Shown: positions 38,983-49,006, counted from the first letter of the stretch. The stretch is DNA of 64,000 nt from an uncultured Ignavibacteriota bacterium (GCA_903884005.1 CAISDA010000072.1:95522-159521); one strand, 5' to 3'. Translations and numbers: made by a program. Notes: generated by a model not told the origin, from the letters alone.

Positions 38983-40746
38983 TCAGGAAATTTCGTCGAG
39001 CTCTTGTTCAAGCAATTGCTTGGCGTGAAGATCGGCGTAGAAGCCGCCGAGAGCGACCAATTCGGCGTGCGTGCCCCGTTCAACGATGCGTCCCTGTTTC
39101 ATCACAATGATCATATCCGCATCCTTCACGGTGGAGATGCGGTGAGAGATGATAATGCTCGTGCGCTCGGCCATGACACGGCGGAGGTGTTTAAGGATCG
39201 CCTCTTCGGTGTACGTATCGACGGCCGAGAGCGCGTCGTCCAGGATCAGCAGCCTGGGCTTGCGGAGCACCGCCCGTGCAATGCTCGTGCGTTGCTTTTG
39301 TCCCCCGGAAAGTGTGATGCCGCGTTCGCCGAGCATCGTATCGAATTGTTTTGGGAAATCAATGATGTCCTTTGAGATCTGCGAGATCTCTGCGGCCTCG
39401 TGGATCAGTTCCCTGTCGGCCCCGTCGTCCCCATAGCTGATATTCGCCGAGAGGGTCTCGGAAAAGAGGAACGTCTCCTGCGGCACATAGCCGATATGGC
39501 GTCGAAGCGTATCGATCGGAATTTTTTTGATGTCGATGCCGTCCACGAGGATCTCGCCGTCGGCCGCGTCATAGAGCCGCGGCAGCAGGTTCACGAGCGT
39601 GCTTTTCCCCGCGCCGGTCGGTCCCACGATCGCGAGCGTAGTTCCGGCAGGGATCGAGAGCGTTATGTCATGGAGTGTGGGAGCCTGCGCATCCTTGTAG
39701 GTGAAGGTCACATGGTTGAACTCGACCGCTCCGCGCAATTCAACGATCGACCGGTCTGTCTCGTCGGTGTCGCGTATTTCGGGAACGGCGTCGAGGATCT
39801 TGCCAAGCCTGGCCATCGACGCGGCACCCTGCTGGAGGATATTCGTGACCCATCCGAACGCGATCATGGGCCAGATCAGCATCCCCAGGTATGTGAAGAA
39901 CGCGGTCAGCGTGCCGATGGAGATCGTGCCGCTGATAACCTGCCGTCCGCCGATGTACATGGCAAGGATGATGGACAAGCCGATGAGCACATGCATGAGC
40001 GGCCACATCACGGACTGCGCCTTGGCCAGGACAAGATTTTTTTCCAGATAGTCCCAGCTGAGCTTTCGGAACTCGCCGATCTCGTATTCTTCACGCACGT
40101 ACGCCTTCACTACTCGTATGCCCGAAAGGTTCTCCTGGGCTCGCGTGGTGAGAAGCGAATATTGTGCCTGTCGTTCGTTGAATTTAGTATGGATGAGCTT
40201 GCCAAGCTTGTAGACGGCAACAGAGACCAGGGGCAGCGGCACCAGCGCCAGCAGCGCCAGCGACCAGTCCGTAAGGAGCATCATCGTCAGCGCCATCGAA
40301 AACGTCATGAGCGTATCGGAGGGATACATGATGCCCGGGCCGAGGGCGTTGCGGACCGAATTGATATCGTTCGTCGCATGGGCCATCAGGTCGCCTGTCG
40401 GCGTGTTCTGAAAAAATGTAAGCGGCAATTTCTGCAGGTGGGCAAGGAAGTCGTTGCGCAGGTCGTATTCGATGAGGCGCGACACGACAATGATGGTCTG
40501 CCGCGTCAGATATGTCATGATGCCGGCCATCAGGGAAAACGCAACGATCAATCCGGCGTAGAGCAGCAGGTCCGAATGGTGCAGACTGTGCGCGTCGAGG
40601 CCGGTCTTCAGCGTATCTATGGCTTTCCCGATAAAAAACGGCGTAGCCACAGTGAATGAATTGCTGATGATGACAGTGACAAGCCCCCACAAGAGCGTGG
40701 TTTTATAGATCCTGAGATACGGTATAAGGCGAAGTAATGATTTCAT
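38983..40746 (-). CDS. ABC exporter half-transporter (MdlA-like)
   Basis: TMD plus GPTGAGKS, LSGGQKQR, LILDDALSAVD (degenerate site typical of heterodimeric exporters). Confidence 0.95.
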   Translation of the reverse strand: MKSLLRLIPYLRIYKTTLLWGLVTVIISNSFTVATPFFIGKAIDTLKTGLDAHSLHHSDLLLYAGLIVAFSLMAGIMTYLTRQTIIVVSRLIEYDLRNDFLAHLQKLPLTFFQNTPTGDLMAHATNDINSVRNALGPGIMYPSDTLMTFSMALTMMLLTDWSLALLALVPLPLVSVAVYKLGKLIHTKFNERQAQYSLLTTRAQENLSGIRVVKAYVREEYEIGEFRKLSWDYLEKNLVLAKAQSVMWPLMHVLIGLSIILAMYIGGRQVISGTISIGTLTAFFTYLGMLIWPMIAFGWVTNILQQGAASMARLGKILDAVPEIRDTDETDRSIVELRGAVEFNHVTFTYKDAQAPTLHDITLSIPAGTTLAIVGPTGAGKSTLVNLLPRLYDAADGEILVDGIDIKKIPIDTLRRHIGYVPQETFLFSETLSANISYGDDGADRELIHEAAEISQISKDIIDFPKQFDTMLGERGITLSGGQKQRTSIARAVLRKPRLLILDDALSAVDTYTEEAILKHLRRVMAERTSIIISHRISTVKDADMIIVMKQGRIVERGTHAELVALGGFYADLHAKQLLEQELDEIS

Positions 40747-40835
40747 CGGTCCTGCAAACTATTCATGATAGTGTTAAATTTACAAACATTGCCGAAGAGT
40801 TCCAAATTGCAGAAGCCCCCGTGCCGCGTATTCGT

Positions 40836-42551
40836 CTACCGCCGGAAGGAGTGCCGGGCCGGATGCGCCCGACGCGTGACGGCCTGCTTCTGTCTGTCTT
40901 TCTTCACTGCATCCTTTTCCACAAAGAGAGGCTTCCCAGTGAAGGGGTCCATTTCCGTATAGAACATGAGCGTCGAATACGTCGACGGAGTGGGAGTAAA
41001 TATTTGCACCTGTTCGGGACTGATGTGGAGCTCGTCGGTCGAATATTTTTTCAGCGCTTCCATATCGCTCTGGTCGCATCCCGGGTGGGCGGCGATCAAA
41101 TAATACGTGAGGAATTGTTTTTTCCCCTGCTCCCGGTTGAGCCGATCGAATCGCGATTTAAATTCCGTGAGGTAGCCGTTGTCGGGTTTTCCCATGGCTT
41201 CGAGGACCGTGTTCTGAATATGCTCGGGTGCGATCTTCAGTTGGCCGGAGACATGATGTTCCACGAGATCCGAGAGATACTGGCGGCCGTCTGCCTCGTC
41301 CTGCAAGATCATATCGTACCGCAGGCCTGAGGCGATGAACGCTTTTTTCACTCCCGGCACCGCGCGGATTCTTTTCAGCAGTTCGATCTGTTTCCGGTGA
41401 GAGATGGGAAGCAGATCGCACGCATCGGGGAACACGCAGCGTTTTGCCGGACAGCTCCCTTTCGCTATTTTTTTTTCGCACTCGAACCCATACATGTTCG
41501 CCGTGGGGCCTCCGACATCGGCGATGTAGCCTTTGAACTCCGGGTCCGCCGCCATCGACTCTATCTCGCGCACAATGGAGTTCTCGCTTCGCGAGACGAT
41601 GGTGAGCCCCTGATGCACGGCGATCGCGCAAAAATTGCATTCGCCGTAGCAGCCCCGATGCGTCGTGACCGAATAGCGGATCGTCTCCATTGCGCGCACC
41701 GCGCCCTGCTGTTTATAGAACGGATGCACATCCCGCTCATACTGCAGATCGTAGATCCGGTCGAGTTCCTGCTGCGTCAGATTGTGCGCAGGCGGGTTTT
41801 GAATGAGATACCGATTGTCATACTTTTGAAACAGCCCGTGCGCCGTGATCGGGTCGTTGTTCTTATAAAACAGGTGGAACATCTCGGTGAATTTTTTCTT
41901 GTCCGAGGCCGCGGCAGCGAATTCGGGAAGTTCCCGGTACCCTTCACGCGGGGCTTTTGCGATGTAACAGATGCCGCGGATATCGTCGACCGGAAAGTTT
42001 TTGGCGTAGGCCCTCGCAAGCTGCACCACGGCCTTTTCGCCCATGCCGTAGACGAGCACATCGGCCTTCGCGTCGAAGAGAATGGATTTTCTGACCTTGT
42101 CGTTCCAAAAATCGTAATGGGCGATCCTCCTCAACGACGCTTCAACGCCGCCGAGCACGATCGGCCGTGTCTGTTTAAAATATTCGCGGATGTGGTTCGC
42201 ATATATGATCGACGCGCGGTCGGGTCGGCGGGTATTGTCGCCGCCGGGAGTAAAATCGTCGTTCCTCCGTTTTTTCTTGAGGGCCGTATAATTTGCCACC
42301 ATCGAATCCACGCACCCCGCACTCACGCCCCAAAAGAGCAGGGGTTCGCCAAGCCGTGTGATATCGGCTCCGGAGCTGAGGTCCGGCTGTGCAATGATGC
42401 CGACGCGGAATCCGGCATCGACGAGGACTTTTCCGATGACGCTCGCGCCCGAATATGAGGAGTCGATATAGGTGTCGCCGTTGACGAGGATAACATCGAG
42501 CGCCTCCCACCCCAGCCGGTGAACTTCTTCTTTCGTCGTCGGTAAAAACAT
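40836..42551 (-). CDS. YgiQ-family radical SAM protein
   Basis: MFLPTT, GGVEASLRRIAHYD, HRGCYGECNFCAI (CxxxCxxC), GGPTANMY, LKIAPEH, QIFTPTP. Confidence 0.95.
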   Translation of the reverse strand: MFLPTTKEEVHRLGWEALDVILVNGDTYIDSSYSGASVIGKVLVDAGFRVGIIAQPDLSSGADITRLGEPLLFWGVSAGCVDSMVANYTALKKKRRNDDFTPGGDNTRRPDRASIIYANHIREYFKQTRPIVLGGVEASLRRIAHYDFWNDKVRKSILFDAKADVLVYGMGEKAVVQLARAYAKNFPVDDIRGICYIAKAPREGYRELPEFAAAASDKKKFTEMFHLFYKNNDPITAHGLFQKYDNRYLIQNPPAHNLTQQELDRIYDLQYERDVHPFYKQQGAVRAMETIRYSVTTHRGCYGECNFCAIAVHQGLTIVSRSENSIVREIESMAADPEFKGYIADVGGPTANMYGFECEKKIAKGSCPAKRCVFPDACDLLPISHRKQIELLKRIRAVPGVKKAFIASGLRYDMILQDEADGRQYLSDLVEHHVSGQLKIAPEHIQNTVLEAMGKPDNGYLTEFKSRFDRLNREQGKKQFLTYYLIAAHPGCDQSDMEALKKYSTDELHISPEQVQIFTPTPSTYSTLMFYTEMDPFTGKPLFVEKDAVKKDRQKQAVTRRAHPARHSFRR

Positions 42552-42662
42552 GAACGTATGTCTCTTCCACACACACTGTTGAAAAAATGGGGAACTGTAA
42601 AGCAACTCGCGCCGATGCAACAACCACGACTTACATATTTATACTAAACACCGGCGCGCGCT

Positions 42663-45203
42663 TTAACGTTCGATCCACGAACTCCGTCCAGCGGCAAGAT
42701 TGGGCCGAACGATGGTCCATTTATACGGTTTCGGCGCGGCCTGCACCCACGACGAATCGTTGAATGATGCAGACATCCATCCCTGTGCGGCGCTCTCGCT
42801 CACCTTCCATGTCGAGTCGGTCTGGAGTGTGGCTGCGGCGCCGTCTTTTGTTTCCAATTCGCAGTAGATATTCACGCCCGCAGAACCCGCCGGTGAAAAA
42901 TTTTTCACCTCGACGCTGATGACATTCGTTGAATCGGCCAAGAGCGGAAGGATATCGAACAGCTTCACGCGTTGGTGTTCTTCGGTCAGCGACAGCGACA
43001 TCCGTGCATAGACTTCGCCTGCGGCACGGCCATTAACGGCGACTGTCGCATAGGTGTCGCCGATGAGCTGCAAGTGCGCCGAACGCAGTCCGCGCGGAAC
43101 AACCGCCGTCTTGCGGAAGAAGGCATGCTGCACCTGGGGCATATCGTTCATGAACGGATGCGCCGCAGGATGATAGATGAACCGGCTCTCGAGCTGCACT
43201 TCGGCGGGGACGATGCCTCGCTGCGTCTCATCGATGATATCCTGCCAGTATGCGATCTGCCGATCGTACCGTTTCTGCAGGAGGTCGAGTCCCGGATAGC
43301 GGTTCGTGGTCAGCCAGACACGCGTGAATTCATCCTTAACCGCCTGCAGTGTGCTGATAACGGTGCCGGCAAGCGTTATGATCTGCTGCGCGACCGCCGC
43401 TGTGCTTCCGCCTCCGGGTGCCGGAGCGCGGAGGAGCTTGATCTGTTCCTGTGCGGAAATTTTTTGCGCGCACCACAGATTGAGGCGCGCAACGAATTCG
43501 AAATACTGCAGCTGATCGGCATTGCGTGTCACCGTGCGTTTCGCGCTGTTCAGGAGATCGAGCACCTCGGGCATTGTCGCGGCGATGCTCTGCACGCGAA
43601 GCAGCATGGGGATGGCCGCGTCCCGTGCGGCCGGCTCGCGCAGCGGCAGCATGGGATGCCGCCAGAGTTCGTGAAAGAGGTACGAATTTGCCGGCGTGGA
43701 AAGATAATTGAACACCGTTTGCATCTCTGTGCCGCGCGTGCCGAAATAGTACGGAAAGAATGCCCTGTTGAATTCTTCGACGGACGTTCGTGCCGGATTC
43801 CAGGCGCACTGCGAGGTCCATGCATAGCCGTAATAGTTGAACTCCCTCAGCGCCTCGCCTCCGTAATCGCCCCAGGTCGAGGTCAGCAATCCGATCGAAC
43901 CGTTCTCCATGCCGTCACGGTTCAGGTTGTGAATATTAACGAACGAATTGAGGAACGCCGGAAAGGGGGATGTGAAATTCCACACCGCCGGCGACACAAT
44001 GAAAGGAAATCCGGCGCGCCTGAAGACGGCGGGACTGGCGTAGTGCCATGCGGCGCCGTAATGCCAGTCGACGATCGTGATGCCTTTTGGAATTTTTTCG
44101 AGTATGGATGGATGGTTGAGTATCACGTCTCCGTACATCATCGGCAGTTTATGATACTTCTTCAGGATGTTGGCAACGCGTATGTAATGGCCGGCATGCA
44201 CCGTGGCAATGTCGCTCTGTGCCACACGTTCCCTGTTCACACCGAGCCCCACGTCCCATGATTCGTCCGCAGCCATATTAAAATAGGGGGAACTGAAACA
44301 TGCCGCGATCTCTCCGATCATTTCGTCGAGCAGCGCGTAGAGCCGCTCGTCCGAAATATTCACCGTATGGGCGCCGGGGAACTCGGCATAGCGCATGTAT
44401 TCGGGCAGGATGAGAATGTTTTCCCAGTGGCCGAGGGTTTCGAACGTGGGAATGAGTTCGACAAAGTACGACGCCGCACAGGCGTCGAGTTCCTTCCACT
44501 CGGATGATGAGAGCGCGCCGCGGTTCTTTCCGATGAGCGGGTGGCGGCTGAATTGAAACATGTCTTCGATGTACGGCGAATAGACGTTCAACTTGTACCG
44601 CGCGCAGAAGCGGATGATCTTCTTGAAATTTTCGAGCGTCGAGACCTGCCCGCGGCTGATATCGTCCGTGATGCCGCGCACGCGCAGCGCGGGAAAATCG
44701 AGTATGGAGACGCCCTCCACCGTATGGCTCCGTTTCTCGTGACGAAGGAGCTGCAAGAGCGTCATCACGCCGTAGAACACGCCCTTCTCCGATTCGGCGA
44801 TGACCACCACCCCTTCGGGCCGGACGTCGAGAAAATATCCCTCGGTCTTCATTGCCTCGGTCAATTCGCCTTTTCTGGCGTCAAGAAGGCCATGCGCAAA
44901 ATCGGAGGACACGGTGCCGAGGAAAATATAATTGGACGGGATTTTTCGCAATGACTGTTCCGTCACGATTTTCAGCACGGGCGCCTTCGCGTCGGCGAGT
45001 TCCTCGTTGATCTGGCGTGCGATGAATTCCAGTCGTTCAGACGGGCCGCCCACGACAATTTTTGTACCGGAAGTGATCTTGAACGGTGTTCTGGTCGACA
45101 CACACTGCTGCGGCGCGGGAATGACGCCGGGAAGCGCGGAGGCGTCCATGCACACGGCGATGCCCGGCCAGACGATCAATGAAAGAAGCGGGAATAGTTT
45201 CAT
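42663..45203 (-). CDS. GH20-family beta-N-acetylhexosaminidase with C-terminal accessory domain
   Basis: Signal peptide, VIPAPQ, EGYFLDV, DFPALRVRGITDDISRG, catalytic FNMAADES. Confidence 0.9.
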   Translation of the reverse strand: MKLFPLLSLIVWPGIAVCMDASALPGVIPAPQQCVSTRTPFKITSGTKIVVGGPSERLEFIARQINEELADAKAPVLKIVTEQSLRKIPSNYIFLGTVSSDFAHGLLDARKGELTEAMKTEGYFLDVRPEGVVVIAESEKGVFYGVMTLLQLLRHEKRSHTVEGVSILDFPALRVRGITDDISRGQVSTLENFKKIIRFCARYKLNVYSPYIEDMFQFSRHPLIGKNRGALSSSEWKELDACAASYFVELIPTFETLGHWENILILPEYMRYAEFPGAHTVNISDERLYALLDEMIGEIAACFSSPYFNMAADESWDVGLGVNRERVAQSDIATVHAGHYIRVANILKKYHKLPMMYGDVILNHPSILEKIPKGITIVDWHYGAAWHYASPAVFRRAGFPFIVSPAVWNFTSPFPAFLNSFVNIHNLNRDGMENGSIGLLTSTWGDYGGEALREFNYYGYAWTSQCAWNPARTSVEEFNRAFFPYYFGTRGTEMQTVFNYLSTPANSYLFHELWRHPMLPLREPAARDAAIPMLLRVQSIAATMPEVLDLLNSAKRTVTRNADQLQYFEFVARLNLWCAQKISAQEQIKLLRAPAPGGGSTAAVAQQIITLAGTVISTLQAVKDEFTRVWLTTNRYPGLDLLQKRYDRQIAYWQDIIDETQRGIVPAEVQLESRFIYHPAAHPFMNDMPQVQHAFFRKTAVVPRGLRSAHLQLIGDTYATVAVNGRAAGEVYARMSLSLTEEHQRVKLFDILPLLADSTNVISVEVKNFSPAGSAGVNIYCELETKDGAAATLQTDSTWKVSESAAQGWMSASFNDSSWVQAAPKPYKWTIVRPNLAAGRSSWIER

Positions 45204-45400
45204 AAAGGAGACCTTGGATTCAAGAGAACTTCGTGAGTGCATCCGTGATAGAAAAAGATATGAAAAAATTACCGCCGGCTCAACTCTGGCAATTGAGCAA
45301 GGCACTCTCTATATTGTTGGTCAATCGACCTCTCGCGTCATCGAGACTATTTTTGCGGGCCGGCGGCACTCGTCCCGCCTACTGTAACGACCACACACCC

Positions 45401-46162
45401 ATGAAGGCCGCGCTCTCCGTCTATATGCTGTTCTTGCTGCTGCAGGCCGGCAGTACACCCGCAGTGCCCTTTCAGCGACAAAACGGCGGCATCATCCGCG
45501 GAGATACCGCCAGGAAGACAGTGCACCTCGTGTTCACGGGGCATGAGTATGCCGACGGCGCCGATACGATCGGTGCAGTGCTCAGGCGGCACCGCGCGCA
45601 GGCGTCGTTTTTTTTCACCGGCGATTTTTATCGCACTCCCGCGTTTCGAAACAGCATACGCGCTCTGCAGCAGGCCGGCCATTATCTCGGGGGACATTCG
45701 GACAAACATCTGCTGTACGCGCCGTGGGAGGACCGGGACTCGCTTCTGGTATCGAAGAGGGAATTTCTGCAGGATCTTGAGGACAATTATCGGGCCATGA
45801 AGCCGTTCGGCGTAACGCGGCGAACATCGCCCGTGTTTCTTCCGCCATACGAATGGTACAACGACAGCATCAGCACATGGTGCCGTGAAGCGGGTTTGAC
45901 GCTCGTCAATTTCACTCCCGGAACTTCGTCGAACGCAGACTACACTATTCCCGAGGAAAAAAATTACGTATCCAGCGATTCAATTTTTCAGCGGATCCTG
46001 CGGTACGAATCGTCTCATGCGAACGGACTGAACGGATTCATCCTCATGCTTCATGCGGGTACGCACCCTCATCGGACGGATAAATTCTATCTGCGGCTCG
46101 ACGCATTGATGACTGCATTGGAACGCAGAGGCTACACGTTTACGCGCGTGTTAAATTATTGA
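45401..46162 (+). CDS. Polysaccharide deacetylase family protein (NodB-like)
   Basis: ASFFFTG, HSDKH, FLPPYE, ILMLH; motif 1 reads VFTGHE. Confidence 0.85.
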   Translation: MKAALSVYMLFLLLQAGSTPAVPFQRQNGGIIRGDTARKTVHLVFTGHEYADGADTIGAVLRRHRAQASFFFTGDFYRTPAFRNSIRALQQAGHYLGGHSDKHLLYAPWEDRDSLLVSKREFLQDLEDNYRAMKPFGVTRRTSPVFLPPYEWYNDSISTWCREAGLTLVNFTPGTSSNADYTIPEEKNYVSSDSIFQRILRYESSHANGLNGFILMLHAGTHPHRTDKFYLRLDALMTALERRGYTFTRVLNY

Positions 46163-46574
46163 TGAAGCCGCGGCATTGTTCGGTTCCGCAGAGGCACGGT
46201 TCCAGGTCAATATCGGGATCATAATCATAATCGATCGTCAGCTCGCTGCCTGCGGCGATCTCCTGGCAGGAATAGATCATGATCCTTTCATTCGTAATTG
46301 CGTATGTGCAATTCGGCGTACAGGAATGGTTCAAGTATTTGAGTACATTTCCCTTCTCGTATCCGTCGATCACAAATTCATCGTTGAGCCAAAACGTATA
46401 CACGCCTTCGCGGTGCGGATCCGATTCGCGCGCCACCGCTTCATCCGATGAAATGCGTTCGCCTTCATAATCGGCGATATACGAATTTCCCGCAATGGCA
46501 ACCTTTGAAAAACACCCCAAGCGGTCGATGGACGATTCTTTTGATTCCAGTGTATCGATCATAATCCTATCCAT
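46140..46574 (-). CDS. SET-domain protein-lysine methyltransferase with post-SET cysteines
   Basis: YEGERIS, YLNHSCTPN, ELTIDY, CLCGTEQCRG; 23-nt convergent overlap with the deacetylase. Confidence 0.93.
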   Translation of the reverse strand: MDRIMIDTLESKESSIDRLGCFSKVAIAGNSYIADYEGERISSDEAVARESDPHREGVYTFWLNDEFVIDGYEKGNVLKYLNHSCTPNCTYAITNERIMIYSCQEIAAGSELTIDYDYDPDIDLEPCLCGTEQCRGFINNLTRA

Positions 46575-46660
46575 GGTGCTGTTGAAAACCAATAATGTGC
46601 ATTGTACCTACAATAAAATACAAAATAATTTCAATGAAGTCACGGTCTTTTTAAAATGCG

Positions 46661-46700
46661 AACGATCCCGTGCGGCCTTTGCGGCTGCTGCGGGATCGTT
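46661..46700. terminator. Hairpin between the IS481-derived gene and the SET gene
   Basis: AACGATCCCG...CGGGATCGTT 10-bp perfect stem with further imperfect pairing; no immediate T-tract. Confidence 0.45.
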
Positions 46701-46732
46701 GTGTACCTTCTGCTTTGCGGGCGGCGGACAGT

Positions 46733-47671
46733 TCAGGCTGCCTTGAAGTGTCTCACCGATTTGTACTCGCCGTATGTGCGGAGCACTTCGATGGGCGATT
46801 TATTGCCGAGTTCACTTGCCTTGCGGTGATTGTTGTACTCATCGATGAATGCCTCCATCGCCGTCACCAGCTCCTCGGGCGCCCACTGTGAGTTCGTTTT
46901 ATAAAATTCGTTCTTGTCGATGTGATGTGCCCGGTCAATTTTTCTGTTTCGGACAAGTCCCCCGCGCGTCACAACGATATGGGTCATGCCCATGCTTTCG
47001 ATGTTTGACGTGAAGGCATGGCTCTTTACTCCCGGATGCGTGAAGCTTGTAAAGACCGTATCGATCTTCGTCTGCACGCACACGATCGGAAATGGGAACG
47101 CGCCGCACAACTGCTGTATAAAATCGAGTGCATTGAGCGTTGAGTGTGTCTTATACAATTTAACGATGCGCAGCCTGGTGATGCTGTCCAGCGCCGTATA
47201 CTGCACGACACGCGAGAACGGGAGCGGCACGCTGACGGCAAGCACGCCCACCTGTATCACATGGCCCGGCACTAACGGGTTGGCAAACTGCTCGCGCAGC
47301 GGCACGGGGGCGGCGTCCGCCATCGGTGTGCGCTGGAATATTTTCCAGATGGTTCGTTCCGACAGGCTGATGCTGTGTTTCTCCAGCAGCAATTCGCGTA
47401 TCTTTCTGGGACCGTAACCGGTTTCGTTGCGCAGTTGCTGGACCACGTCGCAGACCTCTCCCGAGGTCTGCATGGGAGAGCGGTGCGGTGTGCGAGGCTG
47501 ATCGGCGAGGCTGTCTGGAGTCTTGCCTGCCCGGCGGTAGCGTTTCAACCACTTGTAGAATGTCTTCCTGCTGATCCCGAATTTATCACAGACAATGTGT
47601 ACGCTGCGGCATGATTCGTATTCATGCACCCAAAGTGTTCGTTCCGCCGCTGATTCGGCCATGTTTTCCAT
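46733..47671 (-). CDS. IS481-family transposase-derived protein, predicted catalytically inactive
   Basis: HTH KFGISRKTFYKWLKRY, second HTH GYGPRKI...SERTIWKI, core QYTALDSITRLR, FPFPI, EFY, YNNHR...LGNKSP; DDE positions read G142, K202, D246. Confidence 0.85.
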   Translation of the reverse strand: MENMAESAAERTLWVHEYESCRSVHIVCDKFGISRKTFYKWLKRYRRAGKTPDSLADQPRTPHRSPMQTSGEVCDVVQQLRNETGYGPRKIRELLLEKHSISLSERTIWKIFQRTPMADAAPVPLREQFANPLVPGHVIQVGVLAVSVPLPFSRVVQYTALDSITRLRIVKLYKTHSTLNALDFIQQLCGAFPFPIVCVQTKIDTVFTSFTHPGVKSHAFTSNIESMGMTHIVVTRGGLVRNRKIDRAHHIDKNEFYKTNSQWAPEELVTAMEAFIDEYNNHRKASELGNKSPIEVLRTYGEYKSVRHFKAA

Positions 47672-48103
47672 CGTACCCGCCGGTGTCTATCGTTCATTAT
47701 GTGAAAAAACATGCATCCATCGAGCGTGACTGGGTGTTGTTTCCCATTAATTTTTGGGATTTCACCGCATCGCTCAGAAAAATATTTCGTGAAAGACTAT
47801 TCTACTTACAATCATCGGACATTATTGTTAAAAGATGAGGAAAAATGTGCAGGTCTGTCGGAAAAATGATGTTTTTATTGTTGGGAGCGGCAAAAAAGCA
47901 TGAATCGGGGCAGGAATACACATATCCATGGTCAATCACAGTGCTCACGTCATTGAATTTTCCGGAAGGGGGGCGGCATGACACAATGTTGGCGCGTTCG
48001 AAGGGGCAACGCAAAACCAATGGGGAACTTTATGGCCTTGCATGATGGTTATACATATATCGTGCATTTCGTTCATTTCGTGCAGATCATTAATAGCTCT
48101 CCC

Positions 48104-49006
48104 ATGAATGAAAATACAGTTTTATCGACCATTGACGTTACCAGAATCTTGAAAGTGAATGTATCGACCGTCAAACGATGGACCGACAAAGGGATGCTCC
48201 GCTGCTCGAAGACGCCGGGGGGGCATCGTCGGTACACGCAAAAAGATGTCTCCGACTTCAGTGAGCGGTATGGATTCGGCGCCGGTGACGCGGTGCTGCG
48301 AGTAGCCGTTCCTTTGACGGGCACCGCGGAATCGATCGATGATGCGATCCTGTCAAAAAATTATTCAGCACTCGCCGGCGCGCTCAAAGAAACGATCTTG
48401 CGCGGCAGCCAGGACGACACCTATCAATTTTTGCGTCGCCTGTGCGTGAACCGGTACACGGTCACGGAAGTATACGATCATATTGTCGGCGGCTCGCTGC
48501 AGACACTTGGAACGATGTGGGAAGAGGGCAAACTCAGCATCGCACAGGAACACATCGCAACCAATTGCATGCTTGCCGCCCTTCGGTCGCTTCAGAATGA
48601 AATCCCGAAAAAGCCTTCGATCCATCGGACGGCGCTCTTCGGCTGCTTCGAAGGAGAACTGCATGAAGTCGGCATCACATGCATGCGCAACGTGCTGGAC
48701 GCTGAAGGCTGGACGACATTGTACCTTGGTCCGAACCTGCCTGTCGACTCGTTCATACAGGCGGTCGAACGGTACCGTCCGCACCTGGTGTGCGTCTCTG
48801 CAACGACGCCGAAGACACGATCTGCATTCCACAAGGACTGTATTGCGCTGCACACGGCAACGCAGCGCATGGGGGCGCACTTGATGATCGGCGGCAGCGC
48901 GACGATGCAGCACGGCGCAGGCGACATTGCAACGGACTATGTGCCCGCAAGCATCGCCGATGCCCTGCGATGGATCGAGACGCAGTATGGCGGTAGAATG
49001 TCATGA
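48104..49006 (+). CDS. carH: CarH/LitR-type cobalamin-binding transcriptional regulator
   Basis: MerR/excisionase-like HTH (STVKRW...TPGGHRRY), W-x9-EH (WEEGKLSIAQEH), ELHEVG, YLGPNLP, VSAT; heads the crt genes. Confidence 0.88.
   Translation: MNENTVLSTIDVTRILKVNVSTVKRWTDKGMLRCSKTPGGHRRYTQKDVSDFSERYGFGAGDAVLRVAVPLTGTAESIDDAILSKNYSALAGALKETILRGSQDDTYQFLRRLCVNRYTVTEVYDHIVGGSLQTLGTMWEEGKLSIAQEHIATNCMLAALRSLQNEIPKKPSIHRTALFGCFEGELHEVGITCMRNVLDAEGWTTLYLGPNLPVDSFIQAVERYRPHLVCVSATTPKTRSAFHKDCIALHTATQRMGAHLMIGGSATMQHGAGDIATDYVPASIADALRWIETQYGGRMS

Noticed and set aside
46733..47671. An active IS481 element, or a simple pseudogene
   Set aside because: The catalytic triad is substituted and no IRs or TSD were seen, yet the frame has no stop or frameshift; reported as a domestication candidate instead.
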